From Amoebidium appalachense (taxonomy: Eukaryota; Protista; Ichthyosporea), in assembly GCA_963693365.1 (NCBI GenBank), contig CAVNZM010000002.1:9955059-10019058 (forward strand): a stretch of DNA of 64,000 bases, given 5' to 3'. Positions 47,113-59,754 of the stretch are shown here, in pieces (within the stretch, counting starts at the first letter, position 1; each line of letters begins with the position of its first letter). The translations under genes and the position numbers were made by a program. The notes under the pieces were generated by a model. That model worked only from the letters and a program-made list of their open reading frames with translations. It was not told the origin of the DNA and did not search any database.

Positions 47113-49209
47113 CTTTATCTTTAAAATTCTTGTGTGATTTTTCTGTTTTTTCCTTCCTTTTTTTTAAAAAAAAAAAACGAAGGGGGCTTGCTTGCTTCTT
47201 CTTTGTTTTGTCTACGTGTGATGAATGATTCAGACAGGCAGCCAGCCAGCAGTAGAAGTTAAATACCGATGTGATTACTCCTGTCCTGATATTGATATTG
47301 CAAGGAGGCTCTGAGCCTGTACAGAGCTAACCCGACTGCTAATATTGCATGACATTAACAAAAGTAAACTCTTGGATTGTTTGCTCTTGTCACCACAACA
47401 AGCTGGGGATGAGAAATAATATGGGTAAATGCTAGCTTATGTTTCAACTAGGCTGACAGTAATGTGTACCCCTCGAACTTTGGTGATTATTTTGAAAACT
47501 TCCCCAAAGTTCAAGACTCTGGCAACAGACCATGGCAACACGAAGCTGTGATTTTAGTCACTGGGCCAGAGATAGTTAGTTGGTAATTACCTTTCATTAG
47601 CAATCTAATATAAATACTGACTAACTATTGGATAATCTAATTGGTCAGCACCAGGGTTACGAATCACGAAATTCAGAAGATAAGCAGGGCTCGCACGAGG
47701 CACGAGCCACAGTCAGATCGCTTGTGCAATGGATTGCAATAAAATAGAAATCATTTTTCATAATGTATTGAACAGAAATAATAAGAGTAATCAACAATAT
47801 ATTTGGCAAATATCGTGGTGTCATGTTCTGTTCTTTAGCCACGGTTCGACATCTCTGTGAGCCTGGGACACGAACCAATCGATGCTCACCAGCAAGATCT
47901 GTGACGGTTCCCCCCTGAGCGCCAGACTGCCTTCTGCCGGCTGACCGGCTGCGCATATATTCTGGACTTTTGAGTAGGGGATCCTGTAACAACTGTAATA
48001 AAAAGATATTAATAGAAATTTAAAAAAGCTGCTACTTTTTTGAATTCGAAAGGAAAGCTGTTCTATAAGCGCTTACATAAAAGCGCGATCGAGGATGTCT
48101 GTACAGGTGTAGGGGGAGTCGGATCTAGATTCGAGATGGAAATGGTTTTTAAGCTATTTTTACGATTGGTTGCTAATTCCCCAGACATTTCTGAGTGGCG
48201 GATTATCGGCGAGCGATCTCTTGCAAGGCTTCCGCTACATGATTGGTTAACAATAGGGCATCATGCAAAGTCCGTATATCAGTTTCCTGGGTGACAAAAA
48301 GAATAAAAACGCGGCATTTAGTCATGATATGACGTTATTTGTACATTATTAATATAAAGAGCTAATTAGCGCTACGAGGAGAGAAGTTTTCATAGATACC
48401 AAACCAGACCTCCACCAACAACTCACTGATTCGCTATAAATCATGTACATGTTTTACACACCAGGCTTCGAGATCTAACCGATACTGTTCTCCGCTAGAC
48501 TGGTTTCCCTTTTACGCCCCAACACGCCTCTTTGTGTATATTCTTGTGACCACCAATTCTCATGTCACTAAATTTGTTTCGCATGTTTTCCCAAAGAACC
48601 AAACAATTCCTGGCTTGACCAACTTCATTTTGCTTTTCTTTTTCGCTTTCATATAGCTGTAATCACTGTGCAACACAACGTAAAATCTTAGACAGGCTTG
48701 GACATTTGTTCATTTACTTTTTGCATTAACCAACCCAACTATATATGTTAGTTATAGAATAGTCGCCAGAAGCACCCTTTCCCTTCGTGTAGCGAGTTTG
48801 TGGCTGTTACGTTTGGGTGGTCACAACGTCACAACGTGCACGGGCACACGGTGCCATAATTTGGGCGATTTGAATACGTGCACAACGGTAACACGCTTTT
48901 TTCGTGTCTCAAATTTTAGCACAGTATCTCAATTTCTCGCCACCATAATCGATCTACGAAGAGACGTTACGTTTGTTAATACGACAAGCAGCTAGTCTTT
49001 CCGTATACCGGAAAGAGGCAAGGCAAAAATCTACGACTTTTTTTAATAGCGCAAGGCTCACTATGAGTGTTCTGCTTAATTGAGATAGCATTCATATAAC
49101 TGGGGAGCAGGGAGCATTAACTTTCTCCTGTTCCCTTTACAATTTCTCCTTATTCTCCGTAGAAAAAAAAATACTGGCCATTAGCACAATTATTTTTACA
49201 CACGAGACA

Positions 49210-49990
49210 ATGTCACGCCAAACGTGCACCAAGCCAGGCTCCGTTCTCACCTGCTGCTTCTTTGGAACAAACAGTTCTTCTGTCGCCGAGCCCTCCAAAG
49301 GTTCATGGGATTCTTCGATGGGAACTGAAAAGGTTCATGCACACAGTACAAAATCAGTATTGAAAGAGCAACCCCCGGCTGTTGTAGTGGACAAAGAGTC
49401 GTTCAGCCTCGCGAGCACGGTGGAAATCTTGCCCAAAACGAACCAAACCGGCGTGCAACAACAACAACCAAGACCCCAACCGCAACCGTATGCAAACAGT
49501 AGTAGTGCGGTTGTTCCACAAATGGCGCAACAGGTGGCGAATCAGATGCAGCCCCCCACCCTCGAGTCCCTACTTAGCGAATACTCCCTCACCCACCTAA
49601 GAAGCTACGATAGGATGCTCGGCGAGTACCGCGTGATCAGGAAGCTGAGCAGTGGTACCTGTGCTGTTGTTCTATTGGGCATGCACGCGCTCACAGCGCG
49701 TAAAGTGGCGATAAAGCGGCAGGAAAAAAAGGGTAGAAATATCCGACAAATAGCGCGCGAAGCGGATATCCAGCTATGTCTGCAACACCCAAATATTGCA
49801 GAGCTGCTTGAAATTTCAGATGGCCCGAGCGAGGTTATTATCGTGCAGGAATTTTGCGGCGGCGGGGAGCTTTTTGACGCTGTTACGCCCGAGGTTGGGT
49901 GTGCGTTGAATGTGGCCAGGTCATACATCATCCAGTTATGCCGCGCACTCGAATATATCCACGGCATGGGAATAGCACACAGGTGAACAT

Positions 49991-50023
<33 letters not shown>

Positions 50024-50155
50024 CACACACACACACACACAGACACACCACCACCACCACACAAAAAAAAGAGTCGCTGCTGCAGGAGAAATATCTTAGA
50101 AGCTACTTTTCGCTAGCACGCACACACACAAGCACAGACATTTGCGTGTGCACGC

Positions 50156-50220
<65 letters not shown>

Positions 50221-50258
50221 TACACAAACACACACACACACACACACACACAGACACA

Positions 50259-50324
<66 letters not shown>

Positions 50325-50917
50325 TCATACCTGTGCATGTATACGCATACGCATAAGCACAAACACAGGTTTGGGCCGTCATTGCACACTAAAAGTAAAC
50401 CTCAGACACACAAACAAGTCGTGCTGTTAGTGAAACCGTGCAAATCTCCACCCGTATACATATGCTTCGTGGGCCACCCAGACATACAGAAACACACAAA
50501 CACACACAGCCATACGCACACGCACAGGCATGTGCACACACACGTGCGCGCACAGGTACAGGCACAGGCACAGGCACAGGAACAGGAACACGCACACGTG
50601 CGCGCACACACACACAAGCACACGCACATACACACACACACATGTGTTCGCATGCACACGAGCACACAAACACACACACATACGCTATGGCAGACACATG
50701 CGCGCAGGTGTGGACATACATGCAGCCACGACAACAGGCCTACACCCTTAATCAAAACGAAACAAGCACAGCCATACTTGCATCTACTTTTGCACTGCAT
50801 CACACACAGCATACCGTACATCGTGTTTGCCCACATTGCTGGCATAACAATCAGAACAAACCACAAGGGGAAAAAAACCCGCTCACAAACCAATCCTCGC
50901 AGCAATCATGCCAACCC

Positions 50918-50967
<50 letters not shown>

Positions 50968-53003
50968 AAAAAAAAAAAGGGGGGGTGATAAACTTGCCCT
51001 CCCCCCCCCCCCCCTCCCCCTCCCCTCCCCTTAAAGGATGTGTTCTACTTATCGTGCCCACTGTGTCAGTCTGTAATGCATTCTAACCCCCCCCCCCCCC
51101 CTCCCCCGGCCTTCCCCCGCGCCCCCCCCCCCCCCCCCCCCCCCCACCACCACCACCACCACCACCACCACCACCACCACCACCACACACACACACACAC
51201 ACACACACGCCACACACATCACCCCCGCCCCACCCCACCCCCTGCTTCAGGGGATAGGCTCCGCTTATTATGCAAAACTCTTCAATGTGTGGTTTCCGCT
51301 CTGCATTGTGTTGTCTGTCATTATTGTTCACCTCGTACTCCATAACACATTCTAAACCCCCTTGCCCTCTTTCTCACACTTTTTTTTTCCAACAGGGACA
51401 TTAAACCGGAGAACGTAATGCTGACGCCAGACAAGCGTATGATCAAGCTAATCGATTTTGGTCTATCTGAACGTATTCAACCCCCCGGTTACCGCTACAA
51501 GCGCCGTGTGGGCACGGTTCCCTATATGGATCCAGATTTGTGGACCACCGGCATCGCAAAAGAGGATCAGTACGTGGAGCTAAATCTCGAGGCGGTCGAT
51601 GTTTGGGCTGCTGGAGTGGTGAGTGTTTCCTAAATTCCTAATCTCCCTAATGGTGTTGGGTGAAAATTTATCATTATGGGAGTTTGCATGGGGAGACGGA
51701 GGTGGTGGGCGAATGGAGAGTATGGTTTTATGTATGGATGTGTGTGGGGGAAAAAAAGTGAGGCCTCAATGCGTGCATGTTGCATACTCAAACTTGCATG
51801 CAGTGCTATGGTCACGTAGACATCACATGTGGGCACACATACACAAAGTACATACGCACATACATGCATACACATGCACGCTGCACACACGCACGTGCAC
51901 ACACACACACACGAGAACAATAAGACGAACACACATCAGAGCTGCATGAGCATCCACCCGATTTTGTGCTACGCGTTTAACACGTGCTGGAAGAGCAGTG
52001 CAAAAGTCTGCACGAACACAGTTGCACGGTTTTGCACGTGCGAACCACACAGACATACATGCGTGTTTTGTTGTGTCCACACACAGAAGGCTTGATACCC
52101 ACACACACGCGCCTGCCCACACAGCTTACATGCACGCACGCACGCACACACACACACACACAGAAGCACATGTACACTCAAAAACACAACACCTACCTAA
52201 TCGAACACTTGCCTGCGGGCCGACTCGCTGCCCAATAATCCCCTTTTATAATCCTCACCCATAAAGAGTCGTATGATATCACCAGAATTAAAACACATCC
52301 AAAAAAAAATCAAAACAAACCATAACAAAACAAGTAAACTCACCACACACACACTTACCCTTTAGCCCTTTAAGGTCTTCTTCTACATATAGAGATATAT
52401 GATCGATATCACCAGAATCATAACACACACCCAAAATAAAATAAAACTGAAACCATAACAGACTTGATTTAAACTCGCCACACACATACTTACCCTTTTA
52501 ACCCCTTTCAGGTCCTCTTCTGCATGCTCTGCGGCCGTTTCCCCTGGGCCGAGGCCACCTCCCGCAGTCTTGAATACCGTCGCTACTGCGCAAACGACTT
52601 TTCCTTCTTCCCTTGGACCCGCCTAGGGGACGTCCAATTAACTCTACTAAGGGCGATGCTTTCCCTCGACCTGACGAAAAGGTTTTCTGCGGCCCAGGCG
52701 AGACAGTTTGCCGAGACGTGCTGGCCCACGCTCACTTCCTCGCAGCACCGGGAGAAGGTGAGGCTGGAGCTGAAAATGGGCAGTGGTAGTCAGGGTTCGA
52801 TCGGTGTCGACGCTTTGATGCATATGGGGAGTTCTAGCGCGACAATTGGGAGTCCCGCAAAGCCCCCCAGAACGGCGACGCCGACGGCGGTGCAGAGTCC
52901 GATGGTGACGGGTGGTGCGGGCGTGGGAGGTGGTGTAACGGGGGCCGCCAATCAGGCGTCGAGGTTTAATTTTGATATTCGAAGCGAGGCTGTGGTTGCG
53001 TGA
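49210..53003 (+). CDS. Ser/Thr kinase, CAMK group, Chk1-like catalytic domain, 3 exons, ~495 aa
   Basis: Exons 49210-49982, 51396-51618, 52512-53003. Motifs [60 protein letters not shown]. Confidence 0.9.
52272..52525 (+). repeat. ~130-nt tandem duplication spanning the kinase intron 2 acceptor and exon 3 start
   Basis: GATATCACCAGAAT...CTTACCCTTT...AG|GTC.TCTTCT.CAT occurs twice, with AG at 52373-52374 and 52510-52511. Confidence 0.85.
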
Positions 53004-54065
53004 TTTTCATTTTTTTAATGTTAGTTGGTATGATAAACGTGATCGAGGGTTGGGCTTGGTAGGGGGAGGGTGGGAGATGGATGGATGGCAAGTTTTTGAA
53101 GGAAGGGGGCCTCTTCCTTCTCCTAACTTTTTCCCCCCCGGTTTTTTCTATTTTTAGATAGTAGTGGGTGAAAATGAAATAGGAATAGGAGGGACCACGT
53201 TTCACTGGTTGCAACCGGGTTGGTGACCCAGTTTGGGGGGGGGGGGGGGGGGGGGGGGGGGAAGAGATTCAAGGGAAGAGGTTTCACATAATAATAAGTA
53301 GGGTAACACAAGCCCCGTGTTAACACCAAAGCAAGGCTGACACCCCTTGCATATATTTTGGGTGTCTGTTTTTTTTGGTACTCTCGATTTATTCGATTTG
53401 AATTCGGGTTTTTTTAAAAAAATTAAAAGAAAGGGAAAACAAATTTGGAGCCGGGTTTTCGTAGTGTTTCCTTCACCAGTTTTCTTTTTTCGGGTAAATG
53501 TACCTTGATATGTATGGGTATAAGTATAGGGAAATTTGGATAAACCGATTTAGCTAGATATGCCAGGTCCCTCTACGGTGCCTGGAGTCGGGCATACAGA
53601 ATTTTGGGATATAGTCTTTGATAGATCAGAATTGTAGTGTTACCCTATATGGAGTGTACATACTCCCTTATTAGTGGCTTCTACTCGTATCTAAGCTTCT
53701 AAAAGTGTCAGCCGGACTGTTAGAGCCAGTGGCCGCAGTTGGCTTGACCATAAATGGTATTTCCGTATATGGAAATGGTGTTTTAACCTGGTGTGCAGTG
53801 AATGGTTTCGTGTAGCATTCTCACTGCTTTCACGTGTATCGCTCAATAGACACAGATTCAAAAATACACATATGTGCCCCCCTCTCACCCCTCCCCCCCT
53901 CCCCCCCCCCCCCCCTTCTCTACTTGCATGCGTTGAATGCTTGGCGTGCCTGTTCTTTTTGCAGGCCCACCTTGCAACATACACCGGCATAGCTAGAAAG
54001 GTTCACCTTGTGAGCCGAGATTTCATGCAAAGCGATAGTGATATTTTGATCACTTGCACATAGCC

Positions 54066-54107
<42 letters not shown>

Positions 54108-55744
54108 AAACCCTTCTGAGGTAGCTCTTATTTTTCAAGGGGCCGCGGCCAATCCGTAGAGCGGCTGATCACGTGACTCATCTCTCAGCCAGCGTCAATT
54201 TATTCGTACATAGGCTAGAGGGCACAGTGAGGACGTCACGTCCCAACCCCCCCCCCCCCCCCCCCCCCTCCCCCCTCCCCTTGTCCCAACCCTTCCATCC
54301 TTCTCTGATCACCAGCCTTGTGACAACACGAAGAACTTGTCACAACTCATATGTCCCCCCACCTTCGGCCCCCTTGCACCCTTCCCGTGCACGTGCACAA
54401 GCCTAGCTGTGCCATTGTGTGTTTCCGTTCTTGTGCTTGGCACCATCTGAAAATCTCTAAAACAAAGAACATTGCCATATATAGGCAAAACCAATCATTG
54501 CACTCGGCAATATTCGCAGTTACGAGAACTTGGGCAATTAGCAAAACACCTTGATGATATGGAGCCAATGAAATAAACCCGTTTTTCGACTTTATCATAT
54601 ACACTTTGCGTCCTTACACACCACCAGGGTGATACAACGTCACTAAAGCGTCACATACTGGTTTCCTATATATAGAATATACTATTTTAGGTACATGCTA
54701 TCACGGGATGTCTCATCGGTGGCTTTGTCCGGTACTATAGTGTAAGGCCTGTGTGTGTGTGTGTGCATGTGTGCATGTGGTTTTGGTAGGGAATATTGCT
54801 GTATGTACGTCATATGTGTGTGTCCTGTAATACTAGTGGTAGCCTAAAATCCTACATCTACAACTAAACTGCGCCCTCATGCGCATCATCTTCGATAATC
54901 ATATCATCTACAATCAACAACTAAAGATTCAAGAATTTCACAATCCCCTCCCCCCAGTCCCCCCCTCCCCCAAACGTACATCTAAAAACATATGAAGTTT
55001 ATCTATTCATCTACTTTAAAATGCCCCGGCCCCTATGTTCGAACACAATATAGCCATACATCCATATGTGTGACTCGCTACCGCCCTGTGTTTGACGGCC
55101 ACGCTACCCCCTCCCCTAGTAGAAAAATCGAAACCGGTATGTTCCTTCTCGATTTTCTACTTCTATACACTTGGAACCACACGACTGCTCACACGGAGCA
55201 ATAACCTAAAATCGGAAGTATAAAGCGCCAAAGTAACCCATTGAAGTATGTGTGTGTGTGTGTGTGCTTATGTGTATCGGTGGTGTTGTGCCGATTCTCT
55301 CCGGATTCCTAACCGAATCACACAATAGACTAAACGAACAACACACACCCAATAACCACACACCAAAAATAATCTACGACATACGAAACCGTGACACACA
55401 TACGCACATGTGTTTAAATTCCTATTTCCGGACAGAACAATAATCACAGCATGCCAAACCGCCAAACTAGCGGCATTAAGAACCTACATAGTAAATATGG
55501 TTATGACCTGGTAGAATTCTGCCCCCCCCCCCCCCCCAAAAAAAAACATTCTAAACGTGTCGGATGGAAACATACATCTATCACGGTGTCGACACACAAT
55601 AACTCCAAACCAATAACATCCAAAGTATATGTATTCATAACACGATTGATATACAGACGAAACAACATGACTGATAAACACAAACAATAACACGGGGAAT
55701 TACAAACAAACATTAAACAACACACCTCCACTACTTCGGTTTCT

Positions 55745-57252
55745 TCAAACTTCCAAAGCAGACACTGCTCGTTCCTTCACCTTCTGCCCGGGAGATTTCT
55801 TTTTCTTTCCCATCATCGACAGAACCGATTTTTTCCGTCTGATTTTCTCGCTCGTACTCTCCTCCGCCTGAGCGGGGGCAGCGATTGGCTCGACACCGAC
55901 CGTGGCCACCGTTTGCACATCGGCGACGTTATTTGGGATTGACCCCACCATGATCGCGCTCGAATCGGCTGATCGGGACGAATCGACATCTCCCGTCACC
56001 CCGTCGGCATCCTCCTCACTGCTCTTTGTGCTTCGGCGGCGGAACGATTTCAGACTCCCAAAACTACCCCACCGCTTAAACGACCCCGAAAGGGAAAACC
56101 CGCGACCCCCCTGTGCGTCAAATTTGTTCTCCCGGGGGGGTGTAGGGGTAGGTGTGGGTGTGGGGGTAGGGGAGGGTGTCATGTAGACGACCTGGGGGGG
56201 AGGGTTGCCTTCGTTCTGCTCCTCCGGTTCGTCCTTTGACCCCGCAAGCACAGCTACAACTGCGATCGCTGCCCGGACCGCATCGTCCAATGAAAACTCC
56301 CCCTTCTTAACCATATTAGGCTCGTCCGCGGTCCCGTCTATGGACAGGGTGAGGGGCGGAGTGGGGGGCGGCGTGACGGACGACGAATCGGAAGGACCCT
56401 CGGCAGTGCCATTCTTGCTTGCGATTGGCTCTTCCGTTGGGGCTGGTGCCGCCTCCGTATCAGTTGTCTCCTCGACCTCCAACAGCGGAGACACCGAAAA
56501 GGACCGTGAACTTTCCAACTCCAAATTTTCCGTGACCGGATCGCACGATCGGACCTCAGGGACTCCGACCGATTCGACCGTCGCAATGTAGCCACCATAA
56601 GCCACCTCCTTCCCCTTGTGGTTGCATCCCGTCTCGCAGCTCCGATTGCAAATCTCTGAATATTCAACCGAACTTTCGCTGGTGAGGGTTATGACGGTGG
56701 CCGTGGACGTGGCAGACATATCAGACACCGAGCTCATGGTGCTGCAAGTTGCACTCCCATCACTTATACTGCTCGCCCTCGCACTCATGCTTGATTGACT
56801 GCTATTGTCGCTGGATCGCGATGCAACCCCGATTACATGCTCCGCCGCCTCCAGAATCTTGGCTTCGGCCGGCGGCAGCTGGTAAATCTCCTCCGCCCCG
56901 TGATTATTGTTGGCGCCGTGCCGGAACGACATGTGCCGGTTGAGCCGGTGGTTGAACGTCTGCCGGCGCACCAAATATGGATCGAGAATGACGTCACCAT
57001 CGTATCCTTTTCCGGACGCCAGCGGTAACCGGATTATGGGACCGTTCTTGCCGGTCGATTTGCCGACCGTGTTCCCCGATGCCGCTTTTGCGATTACGGC
57101 CGGATCGGTCGGTTTTGGCCCCGAGTGGCTGTGCCGACGGCCTAGGGTGGATCGGCGGCGCACGAGGCTGCCCTGTGGGGTCACGTGAAGATCAGCATTT
57201 GTGATTGGCTGGCTGTGACATTACATGACCTATGTGCATGAACATGCCGGGA

Positions 57253-57286
<34 letters not shown>

Positions 57287-58492
57287 CCTCCCTCGTTTTC
57301 GTTGAGGGCCCTTTTCTTTTCAAGTCACTATCCTCCACCTTGAATCCCTCAACACCAACCCACCCGACTCCTTCCGCTCCCTCTCCCCCTCCCCTCCCCT
57401 TCCCTCCCCTCCCCTCCAGACACACACACACACACACACAAGCATGTACGCACACACACACACACACACGTGTACAGACACACACACGTACACACACACA
57501 CACACGTACACACACACCTGCGACTGCTGCTCCTGCAGTATCATGGTCTGGATCTGGTGCTGCTGGTGCAGCATCCTCCTCTCCCTCTCCCTCTGCTCCT
57601 CCGCACCAAGAGACCCCCCCAAATTCGCCTCAACCTCCTTAAGAACCAAATCGCTAATCAGCTGCAAGGGGCCCAATCTTCCCCTTTTCCCATTGTGACC
57701 CCCCGCCGCATCGACAGGTGCAGAAGAGCCCATTTTCGACGGGCGTCGTTCGAGTGGTACATGAGGGAGTACGTTGGGTAGACTAGCACAGCTCGTGCCT
57801 TCAGTACTGGATGCGTCAGAGCCGTGGTCGTGGGCGTCCAATGAGGCGGAAGAGGAATTTGCCTTGAGCGAGTGCTGGCTGTTCCTGCAAAAAGGATTGG
57901 CGGTGAGTCAAAGTAAGATTTAAATGAGGAATGTGATTCGTCGAGTCCCAGTTTCAAATGTAATGTAATTGGAGAAATCACGGTTAGAGTCCCCCCCCCC
58001 CCCACACACACACGGTGTCTATTGTGGCAAATCTGCACATGCATGCATCTGTGTGTACATACAAGCCTGTTCCCTTGTGCTTCTCACGGAGCATTTACAC
58101 GCACGGAGAAGGAAGTCAGTGGGGCCTGAAAGAAATTGGGAGGAGAGGGGGGAGGAGGAGGGGGAAAGGAGAGGAGGAGGGGGGAAGGAGAGGAGGAGGA
58201 GGAGGAGGAGGAGGAGGAGGAGGAGGAGGAGTAGGGGGGGGGGGGATGGGAGAGGGGGGGGGGGGGGGGGGGGGGAAGGGTGGTTTCCAACCTGCTTGCA
58301 AGCCCTATGACTGATGCCCTTCGCACCAACTTGGCCTCCATGCCCTCCGTAATGTCGTCACAGGAGGGTCCACTCTGGGCCGTGCCAAGGTTTACGTTGG
58401 GTAGACTAACAACGCGGGAACGGGGCCCGGCGCGCACACTGCTGGCACGACCAACCTGGCCAACCTTTCGTCGGATGCTCACCGTGACAACA

Positions 58493-58493
<1 letters not shown>
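55745..58493 (-). CDS. Disordered Ser-rich coding exons, probably the C-terminal continuation of the Ras-like gene (otherwise a separate gene)
   Basis: Exons ~58493-58292, 57884-57518 and 57208-55745 join in phase with GT-AG. The last exon is an open frame of about 490 codons ending KKKKSPGQKVKERAVSALEV*. The acceptor for the first of these exons is not canonical (see findings). Confidence 0.75.
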
Positions 58494-58577
<84 letters not shown>

Positions 58578-58906
58578 GGAAAGAGGGGGGAGGGGGGGGG
58601 GGGGGGGGGGAAGGAGGGGGGGATGCCGTGAAGACCAGGCAGCAAAGGAGAATTGGGGAGCAGCAAGCAAGGAGGGATAGAAAACGTTTAAGAAGGTGTG
58701 TCAATCAACTCACGAGGAGCTGGGGGGAGAAGCACGACACAACTTTGGATCCGCTTAAAGAACCAACAACACATCAAAACATCTAAGACCTAACACAGCA
58801 GCACCATGACTAGGTGCCAGTCGGCAGCATAACATACAACAACAAAGAACTGAACACCAAGACATAAAAATTAACAACCACAAACTGTTGGTTGTCGGGC
58901 ACATAC

Positions 58907-59715
58907 CTGACGACTGTGACTTCTTCAACTGTCCCTCGTTGTGTTGCCTTGGACCCCCCTGTTGCTGGTTCGAAATTTGGGGCAGAGCCGATGGGCCATA
59001 GATGTTCCCATCTTGTGACGTCTGCCGAGTAATCGCCCCGCCCCCACCAGACCCAATAGACCCCGCCGAATAATGGCGATGTAGTCTCCCCCCGTCCGGC
59101 ACATTGGTACCCCCCACGGAATTTGCACACGCCAGGAGGCTCTTGCTGCGGCCCAGGTTGCGGGCCCCAGATCCTGATATTTGATTGGCCGAATCAAAGG
59201 AATGCGACATCACGTGATCAAGCTCTTCAATCTCACTGGACGCAGTCTGCAGGCTTTGCCGTTTCCTAATTTGCGCCGCCGTTTCGACCGAATTTCGTTG
59301 CGGGGGGGTGCTAATACCCCCGCTACTACTGCTGCTACTCAGAGTGGTCTGGCTGTGGTGGGCAGAGAAACTGGGGGTGCTGTGACTGGTGCTTAAAGCA
59401 TCACTGGTGGAGTTTCGTCGAATCACCGACCCGTTTCCGTGGCCCGAAATGCTCGGGACCGACCCAGAATCCGAGAGGTGGGTCGTGTGAGAGTGCTGTT
59501 GTGTCCTGCCACTACCACCACTCTGTTGCTGTGTTTGTGTTTGTTGTTGTTGTTGCATCTTGGCGGCTTTAACATTGTCGCTGATAATAAACCGCGTGAG
59601 GTCGAAAAAAACGTTGTTGCAGTTTCGGTTTGACCGTGCGCACACCTCCATGTACCGTTTGCTGCCGATCCCCAGAGACTCCGCCATGCGTTTGCCGTCG
59701 CCCGCCCGTAGCTGT

Positions 59716-59754
<39 letters not shown>

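Noticed and set aside
58755-58906. Cys-rich hydrophobic C-terminus (LWLLIFMSWCSVLCCCMLCC) of the 310-aa ORF as a membrane anchor
   Set aside because: It lies after a strong donor (G|GTATGT at 58906) and is most likely intron read-through, though intron retention cannot be excluded.
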